Shown here piece after piece: positions 9,326-17,893 of a stretch of 64,000 nt of DNA. The DNA is taken from contig DASTDD010000214.1 in assembly GCA_035710545.1 (NCBI GenBank), positions 895 through 64,894 on the forward strand, read 5' to 3'. How positions within the stretch are numbered: the stretch's first letter is position 1; every line of letters starts with the position of its first letter. The position numbers and the translations under genes are program-made. The notes beneath the pieces are model-generated. The model ran no database searches. It was not told the origin of the DNA and worked only from the letters and a program-made list of their open reading frames with translations. The DNA comes from Steroidobacteraceae bacterium (lineage in GTDB: Bacteria; Pseudomonadota; Gammaproteobacteria; Steroidobacterales; Steroidobacteraceae).

Positions 9326-11586
9326 GCGGTCTCATGCCGCGCACCCTCTCCCGCCGCACGGTACTCCAGGGGACGGGTGCTTTGGTGCTGAGTTTTTCGC
9401 TGCTGCGCTCAGCGCCGGGCCAGAGCGGGGCACCGGCTGGCCGTTCCGCAGGGCAGCCCGACGATCTCCCCGGCAGTCTCAGGAAGAGCCCTGTGCTCGA
9501 TGCCTGGATCCGGATTGACGCAGACGGCAGCGTCACCGCTTTCACCGGCAAGGCGGAGCTCGGTCAGGGCATCCGGACAGCGCTGCTGCAGGTGGTTGCC
9601 GAGGAGCTCGACGTGCCGTGGGGGCACCTCAGCCTGGTCACGGCCGACACCGACCGCACCCCGAACGAGGGATACACCGCGGGCAGCCACTCCGTGCAGG
9701 ACAGCGGTACGGCCCTGCGCAACGCGGCCGCTCAGGTGCGCGAGATCCTCATAACCGAGGCGGCTCGCCGGCTCAGTCTCCCGCGGGATCAGCTGCACAC
9801 CGAGTCGGGAGCCGTGTTTGCCGCCAGTGGCAGCCGCATCTCCTACGGAGACCTCGTTTCCTCGATCGCCCTCCATGTGCAGGCGCAACCGCATTCGGTC
9901 CTGAAGGACTCCGGGCGCTTCTCGGTCATGAATCATGCGGTGCCCCGGGTCGACATCCCCGCCAAGGTGACGGGCGGCCAAGCCTACGTGCAGGACATGC
10001 GCCTTCCCGACATGTTGCACGCCCGGGTCGTGCGGCCGCCGTCCTATCAGGCAACACTCCTGGAAGTTGACGCGAAGGAAGTCGAGAGCATGCCGGGCGT
10101 GATGAAGGTCGTGCGCAACGGCAGCTTCCTCGCCGTCGTCGCGCAGCGCGAATATCAGGCTGTCAAGGCAATGCAAGCACTGGCGCGCGCGGCACACTGG
10201 TCGGAGAGCGTCTCGCTGCCGGTGGAGTCGGACCTGCGGCAGGTGCTGCTGACTCTGCCTTCAAACGACACGGTCATCCTGGATACACTCGAGCCGGCCC
10301 ACGGTGCCACGGCCGCTGCAGCTTCCGCCACGCTCGAAGCGACCTATTCGCGTCCGTACATTGCCCACGGGTCGATTGGACCATCGTGTGCCGTAGCCCA
10401 GTTCAACGACGGGGTGCTGACCGTATGGTCGCACACCCAGGGGGTCTATCCAGACCGACAGGCGATTGCGGAGATGCTGCACCTGCCGCCGGAAAAGGTC
10501 CGTTGCATCCACGTGGAAGGATCGGGTTGCTATGGACACAATGGCGCCGATGACGCGGCAGCGGACGCTGCGCTCATTGCCACAGTCGTTCCGGACCGGC
10601 CGATCAGGGTGCAGTGGATGCGCGAGCAGGAGCATACATGGGAGCCGTTTGGTCCGGCCATGCTCGCCAAAGTGACCGGAAGGCTCGATGCCTCCGGCCG
10701 GATCGACACGTGGGAATACGGCGTTTGGAGCAATACCCACTCGATGAGGCCGGGGCCCGCGGGTGCTCTGCTGGCAGCGCGATCTATCAATGCGCCTTTT
10801 CCCGCTCCGGAACCCAAACCGCTGCCCCTGCCCGAAGGCGGTGGTGATCGCAACGCGATCCCGCTCTACTCGTTGCCGCACGTACGGGTCGTGCATCATT
10901 TCCTGCCCGACATGCCGGTGCGAATCTCGGCGCTGCGCTCTCTGGGAGCGCACATGAACATCTTCGCAATCGAGAGCTTCATGGACGAGCTGGCTCTCGC
11001 CGCGCGCGCCGACCCGGTCGAATTCCGGCTCCGACAGCTCGATGATCCGCGGGGACGCGATGTCATCAGCGCCGCCGCGGACGAGTTCCGATGGGCGGCT
11101 CGGCCGCGACCGGGCAATGGCCAGGGATGCGGATTCGCGTTTGCACGCTACAAGAATCTTGCGGCCTACTGCGCGATCGCCATGCAAGTAGAGGTCGACC
11201 CCGAAAGCGGTCGCACCCGGGTCGTGCGCGCTGCCGCTGCCGTGGACGCCGGCGAAATCATCAACCCGGATGGGATCCGCAATCAGATCGAGGGGTCGAT
11301 CCTGCAGTCACTCAGCTGGACCCTGTTCGAGCACGTGCGGTTCGACCGGACCCGGATCACGTCCGTGGATTGGGCGACCTATCCCATCCTGCGCTTCGCC
11401 TCGGTTCCCGACACCGTCACCGTCAGGGTTCTGGAGCGCCCCGGCGAGCCGTTCCTCGGCTGCGGCGAGGCCGGCCAGGGGCCGGCTGCCGCCGCCCTGG
11501 GTAACGCCGTGGCCAACGCCACCGGGCGGAGATTTCGCGACTTGCCGTTGAGCCCAGAGCGCATCCGCGCCGCAACAGGCGCCTGA
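9322..11586 (+). CDS. Molybdopterin-binding large subunit (IorB / aldehyde dehydrogenase-like) with a Tat signal
   Basis: Twin-arginine leader MSGLMPRTLSRRTVLQGTGALVL. The long Moco-dehydrogenase body ends ...EPFLGCGEAGQGPAAAALGNAVANATG. Confidence 0.9.
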   Translation: MSGLMPRTLSRRTVLQGTGALVLSFSLLRSAPGQSGAPAGRSAGQPDDLPGSLRKSPVLDAWIRIDADGSVTAFTGKAELGQGIRTALLQVVAEELDVPWGHLSLVTADTDRTPNEGYTAGSHSVQDSGTALRNAAAQVREILITEAARRLSLPRDQLHTESGAVFAASGSRISYGDLVSSIALHVQAQPHSVLKDSGRFSVMNHAVPRVDIPAKVTGGQAYVQDMRLPDMLHARVVRPPSYQATLLEVDAKEVESMPGVMKVVRNGSFLAVVAQREYQAVKAMQALARAAHWSESVSLPVESDLRQVLLTLPSNDTVILDTLEPAHGATAAAASATLEATYSRPYIAHGSIGPSCAVAQFNDGVLTVWSHTQGVYPDRQAIAEMLHLPPEKVRCIHVEGSGCYGHNGADDAAADAALIATVVPDRPIRVQWMREQEHTWEPFGPAMLAKVTGRLDASGRIDTWEYGVWSNTHSMRPGPAGALLAARSINAPFPAPEPKPLPLPEGGGDRNAIPLYSLPHVRVVHHFLPDMPVRISALRSLGAHMNIFAIESFMDELALAARADPVEFRLRQLDDPRGRDVISAAADEFRWAARPRPGNGQGCGFAFARYKNLAAYCAIAMQVEVDPESGRTRVVRAAAAVDAGEIINPDGIRNQIEGSILQSLSWTLFEHVRFDRTRITSVDWATYPILRFASVPDTVTVRVLERPGEPFLGCGEAGQGPAAAALGNAVANATGRRFRDLPLSPERIRAATGA

Positions 11587-11616
11587 GAGCCACCGCTCGA
11601 CAGGCGCAGGCCGGCA

Positions 11617-12462
11617 CTAGTTCGCTTCGGCGTAGAAAGCCAGCGTACGCAGCTCGATGCTCTCGCGCGGCGCCGCGCCCGCGGGTGTGGTTGGATCGCT
11701 GAATGCCGAGTGCGGCACGAAGCGCGCGCGGCCGTCCTGTGCCGAGTCGAAGCACTTGATCAGCATCGCCTCATCGGTACGCATGCCGGGAGCGTAGAAC
11801 CAACGGTGCGCCGCATTGAATCGGACGTAGTAGATCTCGCCTGTGCGGTCCGGATAGATGAGATCGGTTGCGACCAGATCATCCGGATCGATGCTGCGGG
11901 CATCAGTCACCGCCAGCGGCGAGTCCTGAATCGGGCCCTTGATCGGGCGCCAGAGGTTGATCACCGAAAATCGCTGGCGCAGCAGTGCCTCAGCCTCGCC
12001 GGCGAGCAGGTCCCGCACCCGTTGGGGCCCGGAGTCGACGGTGTAGTCGTTGTGCACTCGCGGTACCGGCTGTCGCGGAACTCCCACGGTTCTGTCGTTT
12101 GCTCCGGGAATGCGCCGCCGGATGGTGTGATCGAACACGACTACACGCTCTGCGCCGCTCGCCTGCTTGATCAGCTCGATGGCTTCGGGGTAGTAGGTCG
12201 ATCGGATGGCATCCTCGTCGCCGAAGTCTCGTAGGGCAGTCGGCGCGGACAGCAGTTGAAATCCTTCCCGCTCCAGAGACAGCGACCCGGCGATCGGGCG
12301 CATGTCGTGAATGGCCACCGTGTGATCACGGTACACGGCAGTGGTCCGCGCCACACCCGGTGGCGGCTCGAATTCGAGCGCGCGTGGCTTCCCCTCGCCA
12401 GGCTCGAGGTAGAGAACCGAGGCGCGAACGTGTGATGCGGATTCCTGCCTAACAGCGTTCAT
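11617..12462 (-). CDS. CmcJ/NvfI-like oxidoreductase family protein
   Basis: VLYLEPGEGKPRALEFEPPPGV...REGFQLL...VVVFDHTIRRR...VHNDYT pattern recalled for this family. Start at MNAVRQ (cat at 12460-12462). Confidence 0.6.
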   Translation of the reverse strand: MNAVRQESASHVRASVLYLEPGEGKPRALEFEPPPGVARTTAVYRDHTVAIHDMRPIAGSLSLEREGFQLLSAPTALRDFGDEDAIRSTYYPEAIELIKQASGAERVVVFDHTIRRRIPGANDRTVGVPRQPVPRVHNDYTVDSGPQRVRDLLAGEAEALLRQRFSVINLWRPIKGPIQDSPLAVTDARSIDPDDLVATDLIYPDRTGEIYYVRFNAAHRWFYAPGMRTDEAMLIKCFDSAQDGRARFVPHSAFSDPTTPAGAAPRESIELRTLAFYAEAN

Positions 12463-12670
12463 GCGGGTTCTTCCTGCTGGTAGCGGACCGTTGCCACAGG
12501 CGCATTCCGACCCCGACAGGGGACCAGTCGGCGTGCGGCACTTCGTTGCGTTTCCGAAGCTGGCCGTCCGACGGCTTCGGATCGAACCAGTAGCTGCCAT
12601 CGACTGGCGTGGACCCCAGGCTGATGCGTGCCAGAATGGCTTCGAACAGCGATGGTTTTCGAGCACTCAT
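12449..12670 (-). CDS. Hypothetical small protein (73 aa)
   Basis: ATG at 12670 is preceded by GGAGGCGGAT (strong SD). Third-position GC is about 70%. No family recognised. Overlaps the CmcJ-like start by 14 nt. Confidence 0.2.
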   Translation of the reverse strand: MSARKPSLFEAILARISLGSTPVDGSYWFDPKPSDGQLRKRNEVPHADWSPVGVGMRLWQRSATSRKNPHERC

Positions 12671-12805
12671 ATCCGCCTCCTGTACCCCGGATGCCGTTGT
12701 CTCGGCTCTCGCGCGGGGCTTCCGGACCCCTGCGCGCGATACATAGCCTGCGCCGGCGGGTGCCACGGAACAAACAGAGTGCGTTGAGCGGCGTTTAGTT
12801 TTTCT

Positions 12806-14272
12806 TCACGGCTCGATGAAGATGGTGGCGGGGTGCTCGAGGCGGTCCTTGAGCGACTGGATCATTGCCGCGGCGTCGTATCCGTCGACGAAGCGGTGAT
12901 CGAAAGAGGAAGACAGGTTCATCATTCGCCTGACCGTGACGATGCCCTCGTAGACCACAGGTCGCTCGACGGCACGATTCACTCCGATGATCGCCACCTC
13001 GGGTGCGTTGATGATCGGCGTCGTGACGATGCCTCCGAGCTTGCCCAGGCTCGTCACCGTAATGGTGGACCCCGTCAGCTCCTCTCGCGCGGCTTTGTTG
13101 GTACGCGCTGCTTCGGTCACCCGACGCATCTCTTCGGCCAGCTCCCCGAGGGACAGCGATTGGGCGTCGTGCACGACCGGTACTTTCAGACCATCGGCTG
13201 TCTGCGTGGCGATTCCGACATGCACTGCCCTGTGCCGCACGATGACGCCACGCTCGGAATCATATAGGGCGTTGCATTGGGGAAACTCGCGCAGCACACC
13301 CACCAGCGCCGTCACGATGAACGGCAGGTACGTGAGCGCGGCGGCACCGCGCTCGAGGCGCGAGTTCAGATGCCGGCGCAACGACTCGAGTTCGGTGACA
13401 TCGACTTCCTCGACGTAGGCGAAATGCGGAATGTTGCGCTTGCTCTCGCTCATGCGCTGGGCAATGAGCCGGCGTACGCCGATCACCTTGATCTCTTCGG
13501 TGGGCGGCTCGTCGCCGCGGGGCTCCTTCGCGGGCCTCACGGGACGCAGCCGCGATGGCGTGGCCCGGCTCGACACGAATGCCTCGAAGTCCTGGCGCAG
13601 GATGCGGCCGTGCGGACCCGAGCCCGCCAGCTGGGTCAGATCGACGCCCGCCTCGCGAGCCTTGCGCCTTATTGCGGGCGAGGTGGCCACCCGCGTGGAG
13701 CGCTCCTGTACGGAAACCGCACCATGTCCGTTCGAGCGATTGCTCGCGCCTCCGCGCAGCTCGAGCGTGCGCGGCGGCGTCACCGCGGCCGAGTGGGCGG
13801 GCGACGCAGGCTTGGCGACAGCGGCCGCCCCGGCTTTGGCAGCAGCCACGGGTCCGGCTTTGGCAGCAGCCACCGGGCCGGCTTTGGCAGCAGCCACCGG
13901 TACGGCTTTCGCGGCAGTGGGCGCCGCGGTCTTGTCAGCGGGCGGTGCGCCCTTCGCAGCAGGCGACGGTGCACCCTTGGGAGCAGCGAGTGGGGCGGTC
14001 TTCTCCGGAGGGCTCGCCACCGCCGTTCCGGAGTCGGTCTCCAGGACAATCAACTCCGACCCAACCGGCACCATGTCGCCCGGGTTCCCCGTGGTCGAGA
14101 TGACGCGTCCGCTGACCGGCGCAGGCACCTCGACTGCGGCCTTGTCCGTCATCACCTCGACCATGACGTCGTCCTCGGCGACCTGGTCGCCGGCCTTCAC
14201 GCGCCAGCCGACGATCTCAGCCTCTACCGTGCCCTCGCCCAGATCGGGCAGCTTGAACACATAGCGACTCAC
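12806..14272 (-). CDS. bkdB: Dihydrolipoamide acyltransferase (E2) of branched-chain 2-oxoacid dehydrogenase
   Basis: Lipoyl domain FKLPDLGEGTVEAEIVGWRVKAGD..MTDKA, an Ala/Pro linker, and a catalytic SFDHRFVDG motif. GTG start at 14272 after GGAGGA; it overlaps the E1beta stop (GTGA). Confidence 0.9.
   Translation of the reverse strand: MSRYVFKLPDLGEGTVEAEIVGWRVKAGDQVAEDDVMVEVMTDKAAVEVPAPVSGRVISTTGNPGDMVPVGSELIVLETDSGTAVASPPEKTAPLAAPKGAPSPAAKGAPPADKTAAPTAAKAVPVAAAKAGPVAAAKAGPVAAAKAGAAAVAKPASPAHSAAVTPPRTLELRGGASNRSNGHGAVSVQERSTRVATSPAIRRKAREAGVDLTQLAGSGPHGRILRQDFEAFVSSRATPSRLRPVRPAKEPRGDEPPTEEIKVIGVRRLIAQRMSESKRNIPHFAYVEEVDVTELESLRRHLNSRLERGAAALTYLPFIVTALVGVLREFPQCNALYDSERGVIVRHRAVHVGIATQTADGLKVPVVHDAQSLSLGELAEEMRRVTEAARTNKAAREELTGSTITVTSLGKLGGIVTTPIINAPEVAIIGVNRAVERPVVYEGIVTVRRMMNLSSSFDHRFVDGYDAAAMIQSLKDRLEHPATIFIEP
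13831..13926. repeat. In-frame 24-bp tandem repeat (3 near-identical copies plus 1 degenerate) inside bkdB
   Basis: CGGCTTTGGCAGCAGCCAC(C)GGG.. at 13831, 13855 and 13879. It encodes the PVAAAKAG repeats of the E2 inter-domain linker. Confidence 0.8.
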
Positions 14273-15285
14273 GTTTCCTCCATCACGCTCTTGAGCGCCT
14301 GCGCTATCCGGGCCGGGCCGGGAAAATATTCCCACTCGAAGGCATGCGGATACGGGGTGTCCCAGCCAGTCACTCGCCTGATGGGTGCCTCGAGATTCCA
14401 GAAGCAACCTTCCTGCACGGTGGCAACGAGCTCCGCGCCGTAACCGCTGAAGCCGGTGGCTTCGTGAACGACCACGCAGCGGCCGGTCTTGCAGACGGAG
14501 GCGCAGATCGTGTCGACGTCGAGAGGCACAAGCGTACGGATGTCGACGATCTCCGCATCGACCCCCGAGAGTCGGACGGCGGAGGCTGCCACATGCACCA
14601 TGGTTCCATAAGTGAGGATCGTGACATCGCTGCCCGGCTGTGTGATCTCCGCCCGCCCGATTGGCACGTTGTAATGATCCTCCGGGACCTCGCCGCGGGG
14701 GTGGGAGCTCCAGGGGATGGCGGGCTTGTGCGGGTCACCGTCGAAGGGCCCGTTGTAGATCCGCTTGGGCTCGAAGAACACGACCGGGTCCTCGTCTTCG
14801 ATGGAGCTGATCAGCAGGCCCTTGGCGTCGTATGGATTGGAGGGCATCACCACCTTGATGCCGCTCACGTGAGTGAAGATGCCCTCGGGACTCTGCGAGT
14901 GTGTCTGCCCGCCGCGGATTCCGCCACCGCAAGGCGTGCGGATGGTCACGGGCGCGGAGAACTCGCCCGCGGTGCGATATCGCAGCCGCGCCAGCTCGCT
15001 CACCACCTGATCGAAGGCCGGATAGATATAGTCGGCGAACTGGATCTCCGCAACCGGCTTCAACCCATTGACGCCCATCCCGATCGCGGCCGCGACGATT
15101 CCGCCCTCGGCGATCGGGGTATCGAGGACCCGATGCTCGCCGTATTTTCTCTGCAGCCCGTCGGTGACACGGAAGACGCCCCCGAAGTAGCCGACGTCCT
15201 CGCCGAGAATCACCACGCGCGGATCGCGCTGAAGCATGATGTCCATGGCGGAGTTGAGCGCCTGGACCATGTTCATGTTCGCCAT
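14269..15285 (-). CDS. bkdA2: 2-oxoisovalerate dehydrogenase E1 component, beta subunit
   Basis: MANMNMVQALNSAMDIMLQRDPRVVILGEDVGYFGGVFRVT... is a typical E1beta. Lies 3 nt after E1alpha. Confidence 0.9.
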   Translation of the reverse strand: MANMNMVQALNSAMDIMLQRDPRVVILGEDVGYFGGVFRVTDGLQRKYGEHRVLDTPIAEGGIVAAAIGMGVNGLKPVAEIQFADYIYPAFDQVVSELARLRYRTAGEFSAPVTIRTPCGGGIRGGQTHSQSPEGIFTHVSGIKVVMPSNPYDAKGLLISSIEDEDPVVFFEPKRIYNGPFDGDPHKPAIPWSSHPRGEVPEDHYNVPIGRAEITQPGSDVTILTYGTMVHVAASAVRLSGVDAEIVDIRTLVPLDVDTICASVCKTGRCVVVHEATGFSGYGAELVATVQEGCFWNLEAPIRRVTGWDTPYPHAFEWEYFPGPARIAQALKSVMEET

Positions 15286-15288
15286 AAC

Positions 15289-16593
15289 TCAACCCTCCTT
15301 GGCGAATGAGCGAGTGGACTCTTCGCGCTCGTTGTCCGCGGAGCTGTCTTTCGCCTCGAGAGCCCGCAGCTCCTGGAGCTGCTCGCGCTGGCGTATCAGG
15401 TGCGGGGGCATCTGCCGGAAGACGTCCTCGAACATCGTAGCGGGGTCCAGAGTCGGGCCGTCGGCGAGCGTCCCGTACGATACGGCTTCCTTCCAGCACG
15501 CGGTCACATGCGCTTCGAGCTCCTTCTCCAGAACACTGTGCCGCTCTTCCGACCATTCCCCGAGCGCGATCAGGTGCTGCTTGAGCCGCACGATCGGGTC
15601 TCCCAGGGGCCAGTCCCGCCATTCGTCCTTGGGGCGATAGCGGGAGGGATCGTCACTGGTCGAATGGGCCGAGGCTCGATACGTGACGTGCTCGATGAGG
15701 GTTGCGCCCCCGCTGTGCCGCGCCCGTTCCGCCGCCCAAGTCGTCACCGCGTGCACCGCCAGAAAGTCATTGCCGTCCACTCGGATTCCCGGAATGCCGT
15801 AGCCGGGCCCGCGCGCCGCGAACGTCCGGTGCTCGCCGCCGGCAAAACCCTGGAACGTCGAGATGGCCCACTGATTGTTGACGACATTCAGGATGACGGG
15901 CGCGTCGTACACCGCGGCAAAGGTGAGCGCATGGTGAAAATCGGCCTCGGCCGTCGAGCCTTCGCCACTCCAGCTCGCCGCGATGCGGTCCTCGCCTTTG
16001 ATCGCCGCCGCCATGGCCCACCCCACCGCCTGCGGAAACTGGGTGGCGAGGTTCCCCGAGATGGAGAAGATGTTGCCGCTGCCCCAGTGATACATCACCG
16101 GCATCTGGCGGCCCTTGCACATGTCGCGAGTGTTGGAAAGGCACTGACACATCAGGTCGGTGAGGCTGCGCCCGCGGACGACGTACAGGCCCTGGTTGCG
16201 GTAGGAAGGGAACAGCATGTCCCCAGGCAGGAGCGCCATGCCCTGCGCCACCGACACCGCCTCCTCGCCGGTGGATTTCATGTAGAAGGAGATCCGCCCC
16301 TGCCGCTGCATGCGCTGCATGCGGTCGTCGAACAGGCGCGTGAGAACCATGTGCCGCAGTCCAACCTGCAGGTCGGCCGGCTCCAGGTGGGGGTTCCAGG
16401 GCCCGACGGCGCGGTGCGTATCGTCCAGCACACGCACGAGCGACGTCGCGAGACTCTGTATCTCGGTGACCGGCGCCGTCGCATCGGGCCGCGGCACGGT
16501 GCCGGCCGGCGAGAGCGCAACATAGCTGAAATCCGGCTTGTCGCCAGGGCGGGCCGGTGGATGGGGCACGTGCAGGCGGGACCGTTGCACCAT
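15289..16593 (-). CDS. bkdA1: 2-oxoisovalerate dehydrogenase E1 component, alpha subunit (TPP-dependent)
   Basis: ISFYMKSTGEEA...GEGSTAEADFHHALTFAAVY...TYRASAHSTSDDPSRYR are E1alpha TPP-binding blocks. Confidence 0.9.
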   Translation of the reverse strand: MVQRSRLHVPHPPARPGDKPDFSYVALSPAGTVPRPDATAPVTEIQSLATSLVRVLDDTHRAVGPWNPHLEPADLQVGLRHMVLTRLFDDRMQRMQRQGRISFYMKSTGEEAVSVAQGMALLPGDMLFPSYRNQGLYVVRGRSLTDLMCQCLSNTRDMCKGRQMPVMYHWGSGNIFSISGNLATQFPQAVGWAMAAAIKGEDRIAASWSGEGSTAEADFHHALTFAAVYDAPVILNVVNNQWAISTFQGFAGGEHRTFAARGPGYGIPGIRVDGNDFLAVHAVTTWAAERARHSGGATLIEHVTYRASAHSTSDDPSRYRPKDEWRDWPLGDPIVRLKQHLIALGEWSEERHSVLEKELEAHVTACWKEAVSYGTLADGPTLDPATMFEDVFRQMPPHLIRQREQLQELRALEAKDSSADNEREESTRSFAKEG

Positions 16594-16655
16594 GTGCTGA
16601 TTACTCGTTCGTAGCCCGGATTATCGACCAGAGTGGAATATTACTTGCGCCCAGC

Positions 16656-16670
16656 GCAAGAGGCGTTCCA
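16656..16670 (-). promoter_or_regulatory. Sigma54-like -24/-12 element TGGAACGCCTCTTGC upstream of the bkd operon
   Basis: GG and GC are spaced exactly 12 nt apart. The predicted TSS near 16644 is about 50 nt upstream of the bkdA1 ATG. It is one half of a 37-bp palindrome (16634-16670). Confidence 0.35.
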
Positions 16671-16945
16671 ATTTGCGTCGGGAATGCCGGATCTGCGCAA
16701 CGACTCGTTCACGAACCGGCCTCGTTCGGCACGACAGCGACAGGGGCGGGTCCGGCGGGCCGCCCTCCGCCCCCCAAGGTCTCTTGCCAGGCGAGGGTTT
16801 TCGCCTTCCCCAGTCAGTCACGGCGCTGTCCCGGCAAGCACCCTGCCCATCCGCGGGAGGCTCAGCGCGGCGCAGACTCAGGCCCGGCAGGTGCCGGTGG
16901 AGCCCAGACTCGGCGGACTTGCGGCGGACCTGCTGGAGCAGACCC

Positions 16946-16972
16946 AAAAAGGGCGGCGCAGGCGCGCCGCCC
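16946..16972 (-). terminator. Rho-independent terminator of the PRC-barrel gene
   Basis: 9-bp stem GGGCGGCGC/GCGCCGCCC (16951-59 / 16964-72) with a 4-nt loop. On the minus strand it is followed by UUUUU (16946-50). Confidence 0.7.
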
Positions 16973-17004
16973 CATGGACTGTGGAGGATCAGCCCGGCCT
17001 GAGC

Positions 17005-17670
17005 TCAATCGCTCATCTTGCCGTGTCGCTTCCAGTAGCTGTCCGCCTTGCCCTGCCAGCTCGTATTGGAGGTGTCCTGAAGCTGGCTTTCGGGGACCTT
17101 GGGTGCATTCTGCAGACGCTTCTGATCAACCATCAGCTTGTTGCCCTTGACCATATGTTTGGCCGCCATGTACGGCATGGCGGTGTCGCTCCCGCTCTGA
17201 TCGGCAATGACGACATAGGCGGGCTTGCCGGATGAGTCCTTGACGACACTGGTCACTGTCCCAAGCTGCTTGCCGTCATGCGATTGCACGTCCATACCCG
17301 ACGCGATACCGCCCGCGGCAGCCATGCGCATGGCGCCCCTTTGATGCGGCGTCGAGGCACCGGTCGGATCCGGATTCTGGTTGGTTTGCGCCTCGCCACT
17401 CGACTGTGAGGTCAGGTCCCGCTGGTGCGGACTCGATGCCGAGCTCGGATTGGTGTTACCGCTGTTCGGCGGGGCCGGGTACGTCTGTGGGTTCGCCTGA
17501 TCCGGCTGATGCGTCGGGGGGTTGGCCGCCGGATCCTGATTAGCCGGCGGCTGTCCCTGCGGAGTGGTCGCCGAGTTGGGTTGATCCGGCGGCATGGTGG
17601 GAGACTGTGCGTAGGCCGCGCCTGCCAGAGACAGACCGGCGAGGATAGATAGGCCTTTCAGCGTGTTCAT
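17005..17670 (-). CDS. Secreted PRC-barrel domain protein with a Pro/Gln-rich low-complexity region
   Basis: Signal peptide MNTLKGLSILAGLSLAGAAYA. C-terminal DVQSHDGKQLGTVTSVVKDSSGKPAYVVIA...MVKGNKLMV is PRC-barrel-like. Confidence 0.7.
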   Translation of the reverse strand: MNTLKGLSILAGLSLAGAAYAQSPTMPPDQPNSATTPQGQPPANQDPAANPPTHQPDQANPQTYPAPPNSGNTNPSSASSPHQRDLTSQSSGEAQTNQNPDPTGASTPHQRGAMRMAAAGGIASGMDVQSHDGKQLGTVTSVVKDSSGKPAYVVIADQSGSDTAMPYMAAKHMVKGNKLMVDQKRLQNAPKVPESQLQDTSNTSWQGKADSYWKRHGKMSD

Positions 17671-17744
17671 GGGTCACCTTCAGTTGTCTTTCGGTTCATC
17701 ACGCAGGACACCGGAAAGCGGCCCGCGCAGCTCCTGACTGAAGC

Positions 17745-17759
17745 GCAATCCCCATGCCT
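17745..17759 (-). promoter_or_regulatory. Sigma54-like -24/-12 element AGGCATGGGGATTGC upstream of the PRC-barrel gene
   Basis: GGCAT-N5-TTGC with correct 12-nt GG/GC spacing. The predicted TSS near 17733 is about 63 nt upstream of the ATG at 17670. Confidence 0.4.
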
Positions 17760-17787
17760 GCGGGCGCCTTTGACGCAGACCGAAGCT

Positions 17788-17858
17788 GAGATCTGCGTGC
17801 GGGCGGAGCCCCTTGCGTCGGAGCTCCCTTTCAGGGGGCAAGCCCGCACGCAGATCTC
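17788..17858. repeat. Perfect 17-bp inverted repeat GAGATCTGCGTGCGGGC / GCCCGCACGCAGATCTC with a 37-nt spacer
   Basis: Arms at 17788-17804 and 17842-17858. The spacer holds a further GCCCC/GGGGC pairing. Lies in the divergent PRC-barrel/PepSY intergenic region. Confidence 0.8.
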
Positions 17859-17893
17859 GCCGACCGCCAACCCGCAGCCTCAGATCGGGTCAC

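Noticed and set aside
16634-16648. Plus-strand sigma54-like element TGGAATATTACTTGC considered as an independent promoter
   Set aside because: There is no plus-strand gene or terminator downstream; the next gene is on the minus strand. I treat it as the mirror half of the palindrome upstream of bkd.
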